Source: Candidatus Pelagibacter sp.
GTDB lineage: Bacteria > Pseudomonadota > Alphaproteobacteria > Paracaedibacterales > CAIOTO01
Direction of reading: 5' to 3'
Length of the DNA stretch: 64,000 nt
NCBI GenBank assembly: GCA_013823725.1
Contig: PNMQ01000004.1
Location: 207,231 to 271,230, forward strand
Shown here: positions 47,023-56,533 of the stretch, in pieces
Layout of the letters: each line of letters opens with the position of its first letter
Position numbering within the stretch: the first letter of the stretch is position 1
Made by a program: the position numbers and the translations under genes
The notes under the pieces: generated by a model
The model's input: only the letters and a program-made list of their open reading frames with translations
Database searches by the model: none
What the model was told of the DNA's origin: nothing

Positions 47023-48442
47023 TGTTTTTTAACGAAGCAAAGGCATCTAAAGCTAATGTTCTTGATGCAGAAATATCAACAATGGGTTTAGGATAGTTAA
47101 TGCCCAATGAAATTCCAGATTGCTGTAAAATAGAAGCAGGTGCTGTCCAGGGAGCAAATAAATATTTTTGAGGTAAATTTTTTAATTCTGGAACGTAGTG
47201 GCGAGTATAAGAACCATCGGGATCAAATTTTTCACCTTGGGTAATGGGATTGAATATTCTAAAGTAGGGGGCTGCATCTGCGCCTGATCCTGCTACCCAT
47301 TGCCAACTTGCAGAGTTACTAGCAAGATCAGCATCAACTAGGCAATCCCAGAACCAATCGGCACCCTTTCGCCAATCAATCAAAAGATTTTTGACAAGGA
47401 AAGAGCCGACAATCATGCGCACTCTATTGTGCATATATCCTGTTCTCCATAATTCACGCATACCAGCGTCAACAATAGGATATCCTGTAAGGCCCTTTTG
47501 CCAAGCTTCTAAAAATTCTTGATTATGTTGCCATTCAAAAGCATCAAATTTTTTTTGAAAATTTTCGAATGGAAGAGTTGGAAAATGAAAAAGCAAGTAG
47601 TATGAAAATTCTCTCCACCCAATTTCACTTTGGAAATGATCAATGTCATATGTATTGTGGCTATTTTGATTTTTCAGTTCTTCAAGTTTATGCCAAATTT
47701 GATGTGGAGATATTTCCCCAAAATGAAGATGCGGGGACAGTTTTGACACATTTTTTTTAATAGGAAAATTTCGACCTTCTTTATAGTCATTTAATCCATC
47801 ATCTAAAAAATCGTGAAATCTTTGAATTGCAAATGCTTCACCTGGTTTCCAGGTTTGAATCATTTCTTTATCCCAAGGAATAGTGGGCAACAAGTTTAGA
47901 TCGGACAGATCTATGGACAATTCATCTAGGAGGGCATTTAAATTTGAAGGTGATTCTATAGGTGGCCTTGGTGGTTTTGTTTGTAGGCAGCCTTTTCGGT
48001 AAAAAGGTGTAAAAACTTTGTAAGGTGTTCCATCACTTTTCAAAACATCCATAGGTTCCCAAAGAAGGGATGCATTAAAACTTTTGACGTGCACTCCTTT
48101 TTCTTTGAGAAAATGTTTAATAGTTTTGTCTTGTTGAATGCGATCTGGTTCATAGCATCTATTCCAATAAACATTTGAAATATTGAGGCGTTTAACGATG
48201 TCTTCAATAATATTTTGAGATTCACCAGAATAGATGTTTAATTTGCCTTTGCATTGCTTTTGTAAAGCATCTAAAGAATGATGTAGCCACCACTGACTAG
48301 CTGAACCTTTAGAATGCAAGGTTGGGTTTGTGTCGTGGATATAAATAAGAACAACAGCACCTTTTAAAGTAGCCTCTAAAAGACCTGGGTTATCAGATAA
48401 TCGCAGGTCTTGTCTAAACCAAAAAAGAGACAGTTCATTCAT
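47015..48442 (-). CDS. phrB: Deoxyribodipyrimidine (CPD) photolyase
   Basis: WFRQDLRLSDNP.L, LSPHLHFGEISP, WREF, TGYPIVDAGMRELW.TGYMHNRVRM, WQWVAGSGADAAPYFRIFNP (symbol follows E. coli naming). Confidence 0.95.
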   Translation of the reverse strand: MNELSLFWFRQDLRLSDNPGLLEATLKGAVVLIYIHDTNPTLHSKGSASQWWLHHSLDALQKQCKGKLNIYSGESQNIIEDIVKRLNISNVYWNRCYEPDRIQQDKTIKHFLKEKGVHVKSFNASLLWEPMDVLKSDGTPYKVFTPFYRKGCLQTKPPRPPIESPSNLNALLDELSIDLSDLNLLPTIPWDKEMIQTWKPGEAFAIQRFHDFLDDGLNDYKEGRNFPIKKNVSKLSPHLHFGEISPHQIWHKLEELKNQNSHNTYDIDHFQSEIGWREFSYYLLFHFPTLPFENFQKKFDAFEWQHNQEFLEAWQKGLTGYPIVDAGMRELWRTGYMHNRVRMIVGSFLVKNLLIDWRKGADWFWDCLVDADLASNSASWQWVAGSGADAAPYFRIFNPITQGEKFDPDGSYTRHYVPELKNLPQKYLFAPWTAPASILQQSGISLGINYPKPIVDISASRTLALDAFASLKNNA

Positions 48443-48450
48443 TATAGAAG

Positions 48451-50034
48451 TTAATATCCTACTGGTGTGGTTTCAAAATGTTTTTGGGGATCGAAATAAT
48501 TCACTTTTAGCTTCAGATCCTTAGCATTTAAATACCCCATCAAAGCCATAAGTTGGTATGACGTTTTGTAATAATCACTTTTGGATTGCAGATACTGAAT
48601 CTGCGCACTTAACAAGTTGAATTGAGCGTCGAGCGAATCTTTAACAACTTTAGTGCCAACATCAACTTCTTGTTGTGTAGAATCTACAGCAATTTGTGCT
48701 GCTTTAACCTGTTGCTTAAAATTTTGGATGTTAGCTTTGGCAGCTTTGTACGCTTCGAAAACCCCTTTTGTTTCACTGGTAATGGTAGACTTTGTATTTT
48801 CAATAGCAAATTTTTTACCTAAGGCACGTTCATGGGCTTCTCTGCGTTGCGAAGAATAGCTTCCGCCACTATATAAATTGTATGAAAGAGAGACCCCCAC
48901 TTTATTGTTTACTTGATGTGACCTATATCGACTATCCGCAGCTGCAGGGTTGTTTCTAGATGGGTCATAACGCGATCCTGAATGGGTATACGTAGTAGAT
49001 GCGTTTAAATCAATCGATGGAGATACTAACTGAGCACTTGCAGCATCTACATTTGCTTTGGAGCTTTCATATTCATAGCGTGCAGATATGATGGATGGGT
49101 TATTTTGAAGAGCTTGCTGTAAAATTTTATCTAAACTTTCCGATATTTTTTTAGGTTTTGGTGGAAGTTTTAAATTCCCTGCAGACACTCCTCCTGTTAC
49201 GTTGAAGAAAACGGCTTCTGCCTTTGCAGCTTCTGCTTCAGCTTGTACTAATTTTGCTTCACCATCTTTTAATTTAGCTTCTGCGTTAGCAACCTGTGTA
49301 ATAGTTTCTTCACCGATTTTATGCTTTTCAAATGATGTTTCGTAGTTTTGTTTCATAGCTGCCTTGTAAGCTTTTTGCACTTCGACAGTCGATCTTTTGG
49401 TAAGAACGTCCATGTAAGCAGAAATAACATTAATAAATGTATCTTGTTCTGTTTTAACCAAATTTGCCCAATAAGCACGAATAGATTTGTCAGCAGCTTC
49501 AATATTTGAAAGTGTGGCACCACCATTGAATACGTTTTGTTTTATTTCTGCTGCCATATCGTGCGCGTTGGATGTTGATATGGAATTTGGATTTTGTGGA
49601 GAGCTATTTGAATTTTCATTTTTACCGTAGTTACCACTAACGCTAGAGGATACATTGATAACTGGCAAAAAACCTGCTTTGGCTTGAGAACTTTTTTCAT
49701 GCATAGCTAGTGTTTCACGCCGCGCTGCAATAATGGCTTTGTTATTTTCATAGGCTGCAACGAGTGCTTGTTCTAAATCCATAGCTGAATATTGGGGCGC
49801 AATATTAATTTTTTCCCATTCAAATTCTATTGCATCAGGGGCCATTTCAGAAACAGCGGCTAGAGGATTGATGTGTTTGTTTTGTTTTGAGTCTTTTTTA
49901 TTTTCATTCTTCTGCGCATTTATAGATGGTGTAGTAGCTATGGAAAATAAAGAAGAACTTAGTAAGATAGAAAGAACCAGTGCTGTTGGATACATTTTCA
50001 TATTTGACCTTTTATAGATATATGTTTGCATCAT
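48451..50034 (-). CDS. tolC: TolC family outer membrane channel
   Basis: Signal peptide, two OEP repeats (AL.NNP.I.A, Q.VFNGG, E..VG.K...D.LDA); downstream of a pcm-like gene. Confidence 0.9.
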   Translation of the reverse strand: MMQTYIYKRSNMKMYPTALVLSILLSSSLFSIATTPSINAQKNENKKDSKQNKHINPLAAVSEMAPDAIEFEWEKINIAPQYSAMDLEQALVAAYENNKAIIAARRETLAMHEKSSQAKAGFLPVINVSSSVSGNYGKNENSNSSPQNPNSISTSNAHDMAAEIKQNVFNGGATLSNIEAADKSIRAYWANLVKTEQDTFINVISAYMDVLTKRSTVEVQKAYKAAMKQNYETSFEKHKIGEETITQVANAEAKLKDGEAKLVQAEAEAAKAEAVFFNVTGGVSAGNLKLPPKPKKISESLDKILQQALQNNPSIISARYEYESSKANVDAASAQLVSPSIDLNASTTYTHSGSRYDPSRNNPAAADSRYRSHQVNNKVGVSLSYNLYSGGSYSSQRREAHERALGKKFAIENTKSTITSETKGVFEAYKAAKANIQNFKQQVKAAQIAVDSTQQEVDVGTKVVKDSLDAQFNLLSAQIQYLQSKSDYYKTSYQLMALMGYLNAKDLKLKVNYFDPQKHFETTPVGY

Positions 50035-50048
50035 TATACACCGTGTTT

Positions 50049-50774
50049 TTAAAACACAAAGCGTTCATGTGTAAAAGTTGGGTTTAAAATTAAAGGGAGG
50101 TGTGTTTGGCAAACAACGTGATCTAGAATAAGTTTTTGATCATTATTTTTTACATAAAAATTAAGTGAACATAAAGGGTATCGGAAAGGTTTTGTATAAT
50201 TATGATTACTAATAAATAATGTTTCATCGATTTGATTTAAAGAATGAGGTTCCGCCACTAACAGAATACCACCTGGCTTGAGCGTCTTTTTTACAGCTTT
50301 TGGAATTTCGACATGTGCTCCTCCATCCATAAAAATAACATCAAATACATTTTCATCTTGGGGTGTGGACATAACAGGAGATACATTTTTTCTGTGGTTC
50401 ATTTTTTCCAGTAAGCGTGCATACAAGATATTATCTGCTTCATAGGTTGTCACTTTTTCAAATAGGTAAGACAAGAGCATCGTTGAAAAACCCGTTCCTG
50501 AATTCATAACAAAAATATGATAATCGTTAGACCTTTTTCGATAAATGGTTTCTAAAATCAAAGCAACGAGCGCAATAGGAAGCTCACATCTTTTTTTGAG
50601 TAATATGGGTTCGTCTGAATAGGCGATGGGGTGCACGATAGCAGGCAAAAAAGGATGACGATCGATATTTAAAATAAGGTCTTTGATGGTATCGGAAAGG
50701 TATAGGCTTGGTTCAATAATTGTTTTTAAGGCATGGAGTGCAACATTGAAATGAATGTTTTGAGGAAGATGCAT
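50049..50774 (-). CDS. pcm: Divergent protein-L-isoaspartate O-methyltransferase-like protein
   Basis: I.R..F.P....IAYSD, SGTGF...LS.L...V..YE, FDVIF.DG, LKPGG.L; pcm-tolC order as in alphaproteobacteria. Confidence 0.7.
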   Translation of the reverse strand: MHLPQNIHFNVALHALKTIIEPSLYLSDTIKDLILNIDRHPFLPAIVHPIAYSDEPILLKKRCELPIALVALILETIYRKRSNDYHIFVMNSGTGFSTMLLSYLFEKVTTYEADNILYARLLEKMNHRKNVSPVMSTPQDENVFDVIFMDGGAHVEIPKAVKKTLKPGGILLVAEPHSLNQIDETLFISNHNYTKPFRYPLCSLNFYVKNNDQKLILDHVVCQTHLPLILNPTFTHERFVF

Positions 50775-50869
50775 TTTTTGTTATTCAAAAAATTTGAGTT
50801 ATAATTTTATAATAACGCTTCAAAATATCTTTCTCAAAGAAGAGAATTGTGATATCTTAAAATAAATAA

Positions 50870-50943
50870 GGCCGGATGGCAGAATGGCTATGCAGAGGAT
50901 TGCAAATCCTTTGATATCGGTTCGATTCCGGTTCCGGCCTCCA
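50870..50943 (+). tRNA. tRNA-Cys(GCA)
   Basis: GGCCGGA/TCCGGCC acceptor stem, gagga-ttGCAaa-tcctt, GGTTCGA, discriminator U, CCA. Confidence 0.97.
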
Positions 50944-50950
50944 TTTTTCA

Positions 50951-51961
50951 TCAAGATTCTATACGTTGACTTCGTAAATTTTTGAAAAAAGTAAAATACA
51001 GCTGATAAAAAACATTAAATCTTTTTTCAGCAGTATGTTTATATTGATGCAGACTTTCAAATAATCGCTTCACACCCGTTTCAATGTGTTGTGAATAATT
51101 TTTTTTATCTAAGCTAGATGTATATTTTATAATATTGTTATTATTGTAACAATAGAGATAAATAATATGAGTGTAAATTGCAGCAATGCACAAATCTCCA
51201 TCTTCATTTTTGATCTCTTTCAAAAAATTAAAGCCTTTTATTTTTTCAGAAAATGCAGTTGTAAGTGTAAATCTACGGATTAAATAATTTAGAATGGAAT
51301 GGCTTTTTTTTGATAAATTTGTATCCCAAGAATGTTGTATTGAAAAAAAACAACCAAATAATATGTTTCCTAGTGTGCTTTCAAATTCGTTTATATCGTT
51401 TGAAATAGTAATTTCAAGAATATTTTGAAAAACTTTGATTTTCTTCATAACACTTTGTTGAAGGGTTGGGTCTTGAGTGTTCCATAAACTGAGTAGAGAC
51501 TTGTGTTGGTAGGGTGGATAAGTGTTAAGACTAAGGTGTTTTAATTTTTCAACTGCCAAGTTTTGGATTAAACTATGATTGGATTTTGATGAAAAATCAG
51601 CAATAGCCCAGTCTAGAGGAACAGGGTTAGACTGACGTAATTTGATTCTTAAATATATTGCACCTCTGAGACGTTGAATAAAATATTTTGATCCAATCAT
51701 TTCGAAAGATTCTTTGATTTTTCTGTGCTGAACGGCCCCATATACGCTTTGAAACTGTAATTCAGGATATGTATCGTCTATGGATATTAAATTATTTTGA
51801 TCTTTATTAGTTTCACAATAGACTTTGTGTTGGTTTGAGCGTTTTAAAATATGGCTTTTTCTTCTGATGCTTAAGTTTTCATTTTGTTCAAATTCATTGA
51901 CTGAACTAAAAGCAACGCAACAATACACAAGCAAAAGTGCTAAATAAACAATTTTTGACAT
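50951..51961 (-). CDS. Hypothetical secreted protein
   Basis: 336-aa ORF with signal peptide (LALLLVYCCVAFS); helical. Confidence 0.7.
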   Translation of the reverse strand: MSKIVYLALLLVYCCVAFSSVNEFEQNENLSIRRKSHILKRSNQHKVYCETNKDQNNLISIDDTYPELQFQSVYGAVQHRKIKESFEMIGSKYFIQRLRGAIYLRIKLRQSNPVPLDWAIADFSSKSNHSLIQNLAVEKLKHLSLNTYPPYQHKSLLSLWNTQDPTLQQSVMKKIKVFQNILEITISNDINEFESTLGNILFGCFFSIQHSWDTNLSKKSHSILNYLIRRFTLTTAFSEKIKGFNFLKEIKNEDGDLCIAAIYTHIIYLYCYNNNNIIKYTSSLDKKNYSQHIETGVKRLFESLHQYKHTAEKRFNVFYQLYFTFFKNLRSQRIES

Positions 51962-52051
51962 GATTATTAATGATTATTGGTGTCTATTTTTAGTATGACG
52001 AAATAAAATAATAAAATCAAATGTGTTTATGTGATTAATATTATAAATTTA

Positions 52052-52678
52052 TTACCCAATATATTTTTTAATTTTTGCAGACAATACATCTAGGTACCCT
52101 ACAAAAAAATGATTAGCCTTTTCTATTATTTCATATTTAACGTGAACATTGGGTTGTGCTTTTAAATTTTGAACACAGGCTGTTACAGATTCATAGGGCA
52201 CAATATCATCACTTGTGCCTTGAACAATTAATCCGGAAACAGGACAGGGCGAAAGAAAATTAAAATTAAAACGGCTTGTTGGGGGGCTAATGGCCACAAA
52301 CCCTGTGCATGTTGGATTTTTCATAAGTAAGTTTAATGAAACCCAAGCACCAAATGAAAAACCAGACAGCCATATTTCTTGAGATAAAGGACATTTTTGC
52401 TTAATCCAATGAAGAGCAGCTATGGCATCTTCAATTTCCCCATCACCTTCTGTAGAGACTCCTTCCGAAAGTCCCACGCCTCTAAAATTAATACGAAGTG
52501 TTTGAAACCCAGATTCAGCAAATGCCTTATAAAGTGTATAAACCACTTTGTTGTGCATGGTTCCTTCTTGTCTAGGATCCGGATGAAGAATTAGAACAAC
52601 AGGCAACTCTTCATTGTGACCTTTAGTGTATTTAGCTTCAATTCGACCTGCTGGTCCTTCTATGAATATATCTGCCAT
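52052..52678 (-). CDS. Alpha/beta hydrolase (conserved alphaproteobacterial family)
   Basis: GPAGRIE, HP.P...GTM.NKV, NFRGVG.S.G, GFSFG nucleophile elbow, D, NHFF. Confidence 0.92.
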   Translation of the reverse strand: MADIFIEGPAGRIEAKYTKGHNEELPVVLILHPDPRQEGTMHNKVVYTLYKAFAESGFQTLRINFRGVGLSEGVSTEGDGEIEDAIAALHWIKQKCPLSQEIWLSGFSFGAWVSLNLLMKNPTCTGFVAISPPTSRFNFNFLSPCPVSGLIVQGTSDDIVPYESVTACVQNLKAQPNVHVKYEIIEKANHFFVGYLDVLSAKIKKYIG

Positions 52679-52769
52679 GTTTTGTTCATTGATGAAAAAC
52701 TATATACCAACTATTGTAGCTATTCATTTTACCTTTTAAAATATGAAAAATAAAAAAATAAATCTTAGG

Positions 52770-53777
52770 TTAGGGTTTATAAGCTTTAATAAGCCATGCG
52801 TTTTTACGTCCATTATAGGGATTAGTATCATGGTGTTGTATGAAATTTTCAGGTACAATAAATCCGATGGATTCTAAACCATTTTTGATAAGATCTTGTC
52901 TAGAGAACATGTAGTAAATCCATTCAAAGATGAGGTATGTTGCTCCATCTACATTGGTTTGCATATCGCCAATAAGGTCTTCATACATTTCTAGTTCTGA
53001 CTTGCCAAAAGTTTCAGACATTTTGGTTATAGTATAAAATACAGCTTCCATGTTGGTTTGGTGATCAATGATATTAGGAGAAAAGAAGGATTTATGATCA
53101 AGCAAAACTCTCTTTTTCCCCGCTAAAATATTATAAATATCTAGACGTTCTCTTTGGCTTCTATGAAAAGTAAATACATCTATAGATTGAAGAATTTCGG
53201 AAAATATCCCAGGATATCGTTCTTCAGTATTTTTAGGAATGCGTTTGATAGCATCAGTTGGAATGATGTATCCAAATTCTCTCAGTTGTTTTAAAGCTTC
53301 GGATACATCAGGTTCCAAAGCTATTCTATAAGGCATGTGATCAATAATAAGCTCGCCTCCTGATGGTAATAAATTAAATGCTTTAGAAACTGAAGGTTGT
53401 AGTAAAGGTTGCATGTTAGATGTGCAAGAAGGCATCCATTCAAAAAATATTCTTTTGTAAGAAAATTCATTTAAAGGTTGAGAAAGAAAATCACCTTGAA
53501 TGTGCAATTTATTTAATTTTTTAATTCTGCAAGGTCCCATATCTATGCTGATAACTTTACTATCTGGAAATGAAGTGCGATGCGTAAAGTCTGTTATACC
53601 TTCTGGAAAAACAAATGGTTCAATTACTTTATCTATGGAACCTTCACCTCTAGTATTACCAACTACGAGTGTGCAATTTTCAAAAGCTACATCATCTTTT
53701 GGCATGGAAAATCCCTCTTTTGGTGAAAAGAATAGATTTGAAATAGCCAAAGATGCAATAATTATTGTTTTTTTCAT
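52770..53777 (-). CDS. Secreted protein with class I methyltransferase-like motifs
   Basis: Signal peptide; LVVG, ISID, IQGDF, YKRIFFEW, LLPSGG.LII. Confidence 0.6.
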   Translation of the reverse strand: MKKTIIIASLAISNLFFSPKEGFSMPKDDVAFENCTLVVGNTRGEGSIDKVIEPFVFPEGITDFTHRTSFPDSKVISIDMGPCRIKKLNKLHIQGDFLSQPLNEFSYKRIFFEWMPSCTSNMQPLLQPSVSKAFNLLPSGGELIIDHMPYRIALEPDVSEALKQLREFGYIIPTDAIKRIPKNTEERYPGIFSEILQSIDVFTFHRSQRERLDIYNILAGKKRVLLDHKSFFSPNIIDHQTNMEAVFYTITKMSETFGKSELEMYEDLIGDMQTNVDGATYLIFEWIYYMFSRQDLIKNGLESIGFIVPENFIQHHDTNPYNGRKNAWLIKAYKP

Positions 53778-53944
53778 TATATTTTGATTTCATATTGTTT
53801 CTTGAGTATTATATTGTATTTGTAATTAATAAGTAAAGTTTTTTGGATATAATATTTTTTTGTGATTTAATTAATCATGAAATGAGTTCTTGAATAATAT
53901 TTTTTCTTGACGAAATGATGAAATTCAGTGATATTAGAAGTTGT

Positions 53945-54037
53945 GGAGAGGTGGCCGAGTGGCTGAAGGCGCCGGTTTGCTAAACCGTTATACGGGTTAA
54001 ATCCGTATCGAGGGTTCGAATCCCTCTCTCTCCGCCA
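53945..54037 (+). tRNA. tRNA-Ser(GCT)
   Basis: GGAGAGG acceptor stem, ttGCTaa loop, long variable arm, GGTTCGAATCC, CCA. Confidence 0.97.
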
Positions 54038-54138
54038 TTTTTTTTCAGCTTGTTTGATTTTCACAAATTTTATAATGCCCTATATTTTTTTGTATTTTGC
54101 GATTACATTGAAGTGTATAACCTGTTTTGAATAGAGTA

Positions 54139-54477
54139 ATGACAATCATAAATTATGAAGATTTTGATCGTGTTGATTTAAGATCAGGAACAATTGTCAA
54201 GGTTGAAGAATTTCCTAAAGCAACCAAACCTGCTTTTAAAGTGTGGGTAGACTTTGGTGAACAAGTAGGAGTACTACAAACATCAGCACAAATAAAGGTT
54301 CACTATACACCTGAAACACTAGTGGGTCAAAAAGTTATGGGTTGTGTCAATTTAGGAGAAAAAAATATAGCAGGTTTTATATCTCAATTTTTGCTTGTTG
54401 GTTTTTCCGATGTCAATGGAGATATTTATTTAGTAGGCATGGATGCTAATGTCCCTAACGGACAAAAATTGCATTAA
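54139..54477 (+). CDS. csaA: CsaA tRNA-binding / export chaperone
   Basis: F..VDLR.GTI..VE.FP.A.KPA.K..VDFG..G...SAQI..HY.PE.LVG. Confidence 0.9.
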   Translation: MTIINYEDFDRVDLRSGTIVKVEEFPKATKPAFKVWVDFGEQVGVLQTSAQIKVHYTPETLVGQKVMGCVNLGEKNIAGFISQFLLVGFSDVNGDIYLVGMDANVPNGQKLH

Positions 54478-54496
54478 AGAAGATTGGGCAGTGCTC

Positions 54497-54800
54497 ATGA
54501 ATTATATGCTTACAGGGTTAGGCGGTGCTTTAGGTTCTGTCTTTCGTTTTGGTATTGGGGCAATGTTTTACCTACCATACAGTATGGAATTTCTTTGACT
54601 ATACAATGTCTTAATGCCTTCGGATGCTTCATCACGGATTGCTAACTTAAATAATGGATGTGCATTGGTCCGCATCTGATCAAATGAAGTATTTTTAGAC
54701 ATCAGGATTTTTAGGTAGTTTTATAATCGTTTCTAGATTTGCTTTGGACGTGGATTTATTGCATGAAAAATATGCAATGATAATTGCTAACGTTTAAGTC
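54497..54800 (+). pseudogene. crcB: Fluoride channel FluC/CrcB pseudogene
   Basis: MNYMLTGLGGALGSVFRF then a stop; downstream remnants NAFGCF and SGFLGSF...S.FALD interrupted by stops/frameshifts; end approximate. Confidence 0.75.
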
Positions 54801-54891
54801 TTTTATTCTGCCTTTTAGGAATCAGAATAGTAAAATTATTTTAAAGGTTTATAATAAAAAAATATTTTGAAAAATGATTAAATAAGATTTT

Positions 54892-55344
54892 ATGTTTAAT
54901 ATCATTATGAACATGCCACATATATTTCTTGTAACATTTTTTTCGTTCTTTATCTTTTTTTTGATTAGGCATGCTTTTTTCAAACTAAATGGTGCTATTC
55001 TTCTTTTTCATAGCTCTCTATTTTTAGTATTATTTATAACTTTAATTGGAGGCGGTGGTGTTCAAAATGCAGGTTACGAGCGTTTAAAAGTTTTCATGGA
55101 ATGGGAAAAAAATAAACAACTTCAAGATGCTAAACATAATTTAAAACAGTATGAATCCATTTTAGCTATTGAACTGAAACAGTTTACAAATTCTGATGCT
55201 TTTAAAGAATATTTAAAAAAACATGATGATGTCGTCGATAAAGTTGAGGCTGCTTTTGTAGCCTGGATATTTGTGTTTTTGTCGGATATTGCCATGGTTA
55301 TTATTTTTATTATTTGTAACAGAGAAAATAAAAAAAAAGTATAA
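54892..55344 (+). CDS. Hypothetical membrane protein (3 TM)
   Basis: 150-aa ORF with hydrophobic segments flanking a soluble loop. Confidence 0.65.
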   Translation: MFNIIMNMPHIFLVTFFSFFIFFLIRHAFFKLNGAILLFHSSLFLVLFITLIGGGGVQNAGYERLKVFMEWEKNKQLQDAKHNLKQYESILAIELKQFTNSDAFKEYLKKHDDVVDKVEAAFVAWIFVFLSDIAMVIIFIICNRENKKKV

Positions 55345-55437
55345 ATTGTTAATTGGTGCAGTGGATTATTTTAAGTAAAAAACTAGCTTTATCGTCTGCT
55401 CAGCATAGATTGGATTTTTGTGAACTTTAAGGTTTAT

Positions 55438-56478
55438 TTATCTTGATAGGGTTTCTTCAAATGTCTCTGGTATTTCGCGGGGGGCAGGGATTTTTTGTGG
55501 ATTTTCTTGTAAATACTGTTGTCTTTTTTTGATTGCACTTTTTTGGGTATTGAATGGATCGCGAATCCTTTTTTCTATGACTAAAGAAGGTGCGTATCCT
55601 CCTGCGACAGATTGTGAATATTGATAAGGATCAACATTTTCTGCGTGAACTAAAAAATCTATATGATTTTCTTTTGTCCACTGATCTAAATAACTTATAT
55701 AGCTCTCTAATGTGAAAGATCTTCTTGATAATAAGGCGTTGGCAGCAAGTAATTCTGTGTCTGAAAATCTTCCTGCATAGGATGTTGGGATAATCATATG
55801 CCCATGGTTATTCAACATATTGTGAAAAAATTCTAATCTTTCTCTGTTGCAATAAAAATATTCTGCAACCCCAGGATCAAAAATAATTAAATCAAAACAA
55901 TCTTTTAAAACGAATGAAATCCATTGTAAACTACTGCTATCGTTGAAATCATTTTTAATAAAAATACTTTCATCTAAATTTCCAGAATATGAAAATGATA
56001 AATCATCCATTGTAATAACTAACGGGCCAAGAATTTTCCTTTCCTCTTGACTATATCTAGCAAAAGATTGAAAATTATATTTTTGAATTTCTTGTGTTGT
56101 GGCTGCTCCTAAAATTAATATTATTTTTTGTCCACGTATCTTTGCATTGTGTATATTTTCTACAACTCTTAATAATGAATGTGTCACTTGAGATAATTTA
56201 TTTATATTGATGGAAAAGGCATATTTAATATCGGGGTTACTTTTCAGTAGGTCTTCGAAATCATGTTGCGCTAACTTTCTTTTAATTTCTCTTCTTAAAT
56301 CAGGTATTTCGTAGGTGAAATTATTGATAGCCTCACATTTTTCTAACACAGAATCATTTTGTTGTTGTATTTTTTTGGTTATTTCGATGACTCTATCAAC
56401 GGCACATGTGTCAGCCAAAGAATGGCAAAAAAATGATAAATGTAATATAAAAATATATGTCGAAATTATTAGTGCCAT
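55438..56478 (-). CDS. Secreted protein with methyltransferase-like motifs
   Basis: Signal peptide; ILILG, ITMD, IKNDF, FDLIIFD, ML...G.MII. Confidence 0.6.
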   Translation of the reverse strand: MALIISTYIFILHLSFFCHSLADTCAVDRVIEITKKIQQQNDSVLEKCEAINNFTYEIPDLRREIKRKLAQHDFEDLLKSNPDIKYAFSININKLSQVTHSLLRVVENIHNAKIRGQKIILILGAATTQEIQKYNFQSFARYSQEERKILGPLVITMDDLSFSYSGNLDESIFIKNDFNDSSSLQWISFVLKDCFDLIIFDPGVAEYFYCNRERLEFFHNMLNNHGHMIIPTSYAGRFSDTELLAANALLSRRSFTLESYISYLDQWTKENHIDFLVHAENVDPYQYSQSVAGGYAPSLVIEKRIRDPFNTQKSAIKKRQQYLQENPQKIPAPREIPETFEETLSR

Positions 56479-56533
56479 CCTTTGATTCCTTAATTCTTAT
56501 TCAATATGAAGATTATTCAAACCTAAGATTTTT

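Noticed and set aside
25503-54037. tRNA-anchored genomic islands or prophage
   Set aside because: No integrase, phage genes or duplicated tRNA 3' ends were seen
53867-54064. 65-aa ORF (WRRERDSNPRY...)
   Set aside because: Antisense translation of tRNA-Ser, a classic spurious ORF
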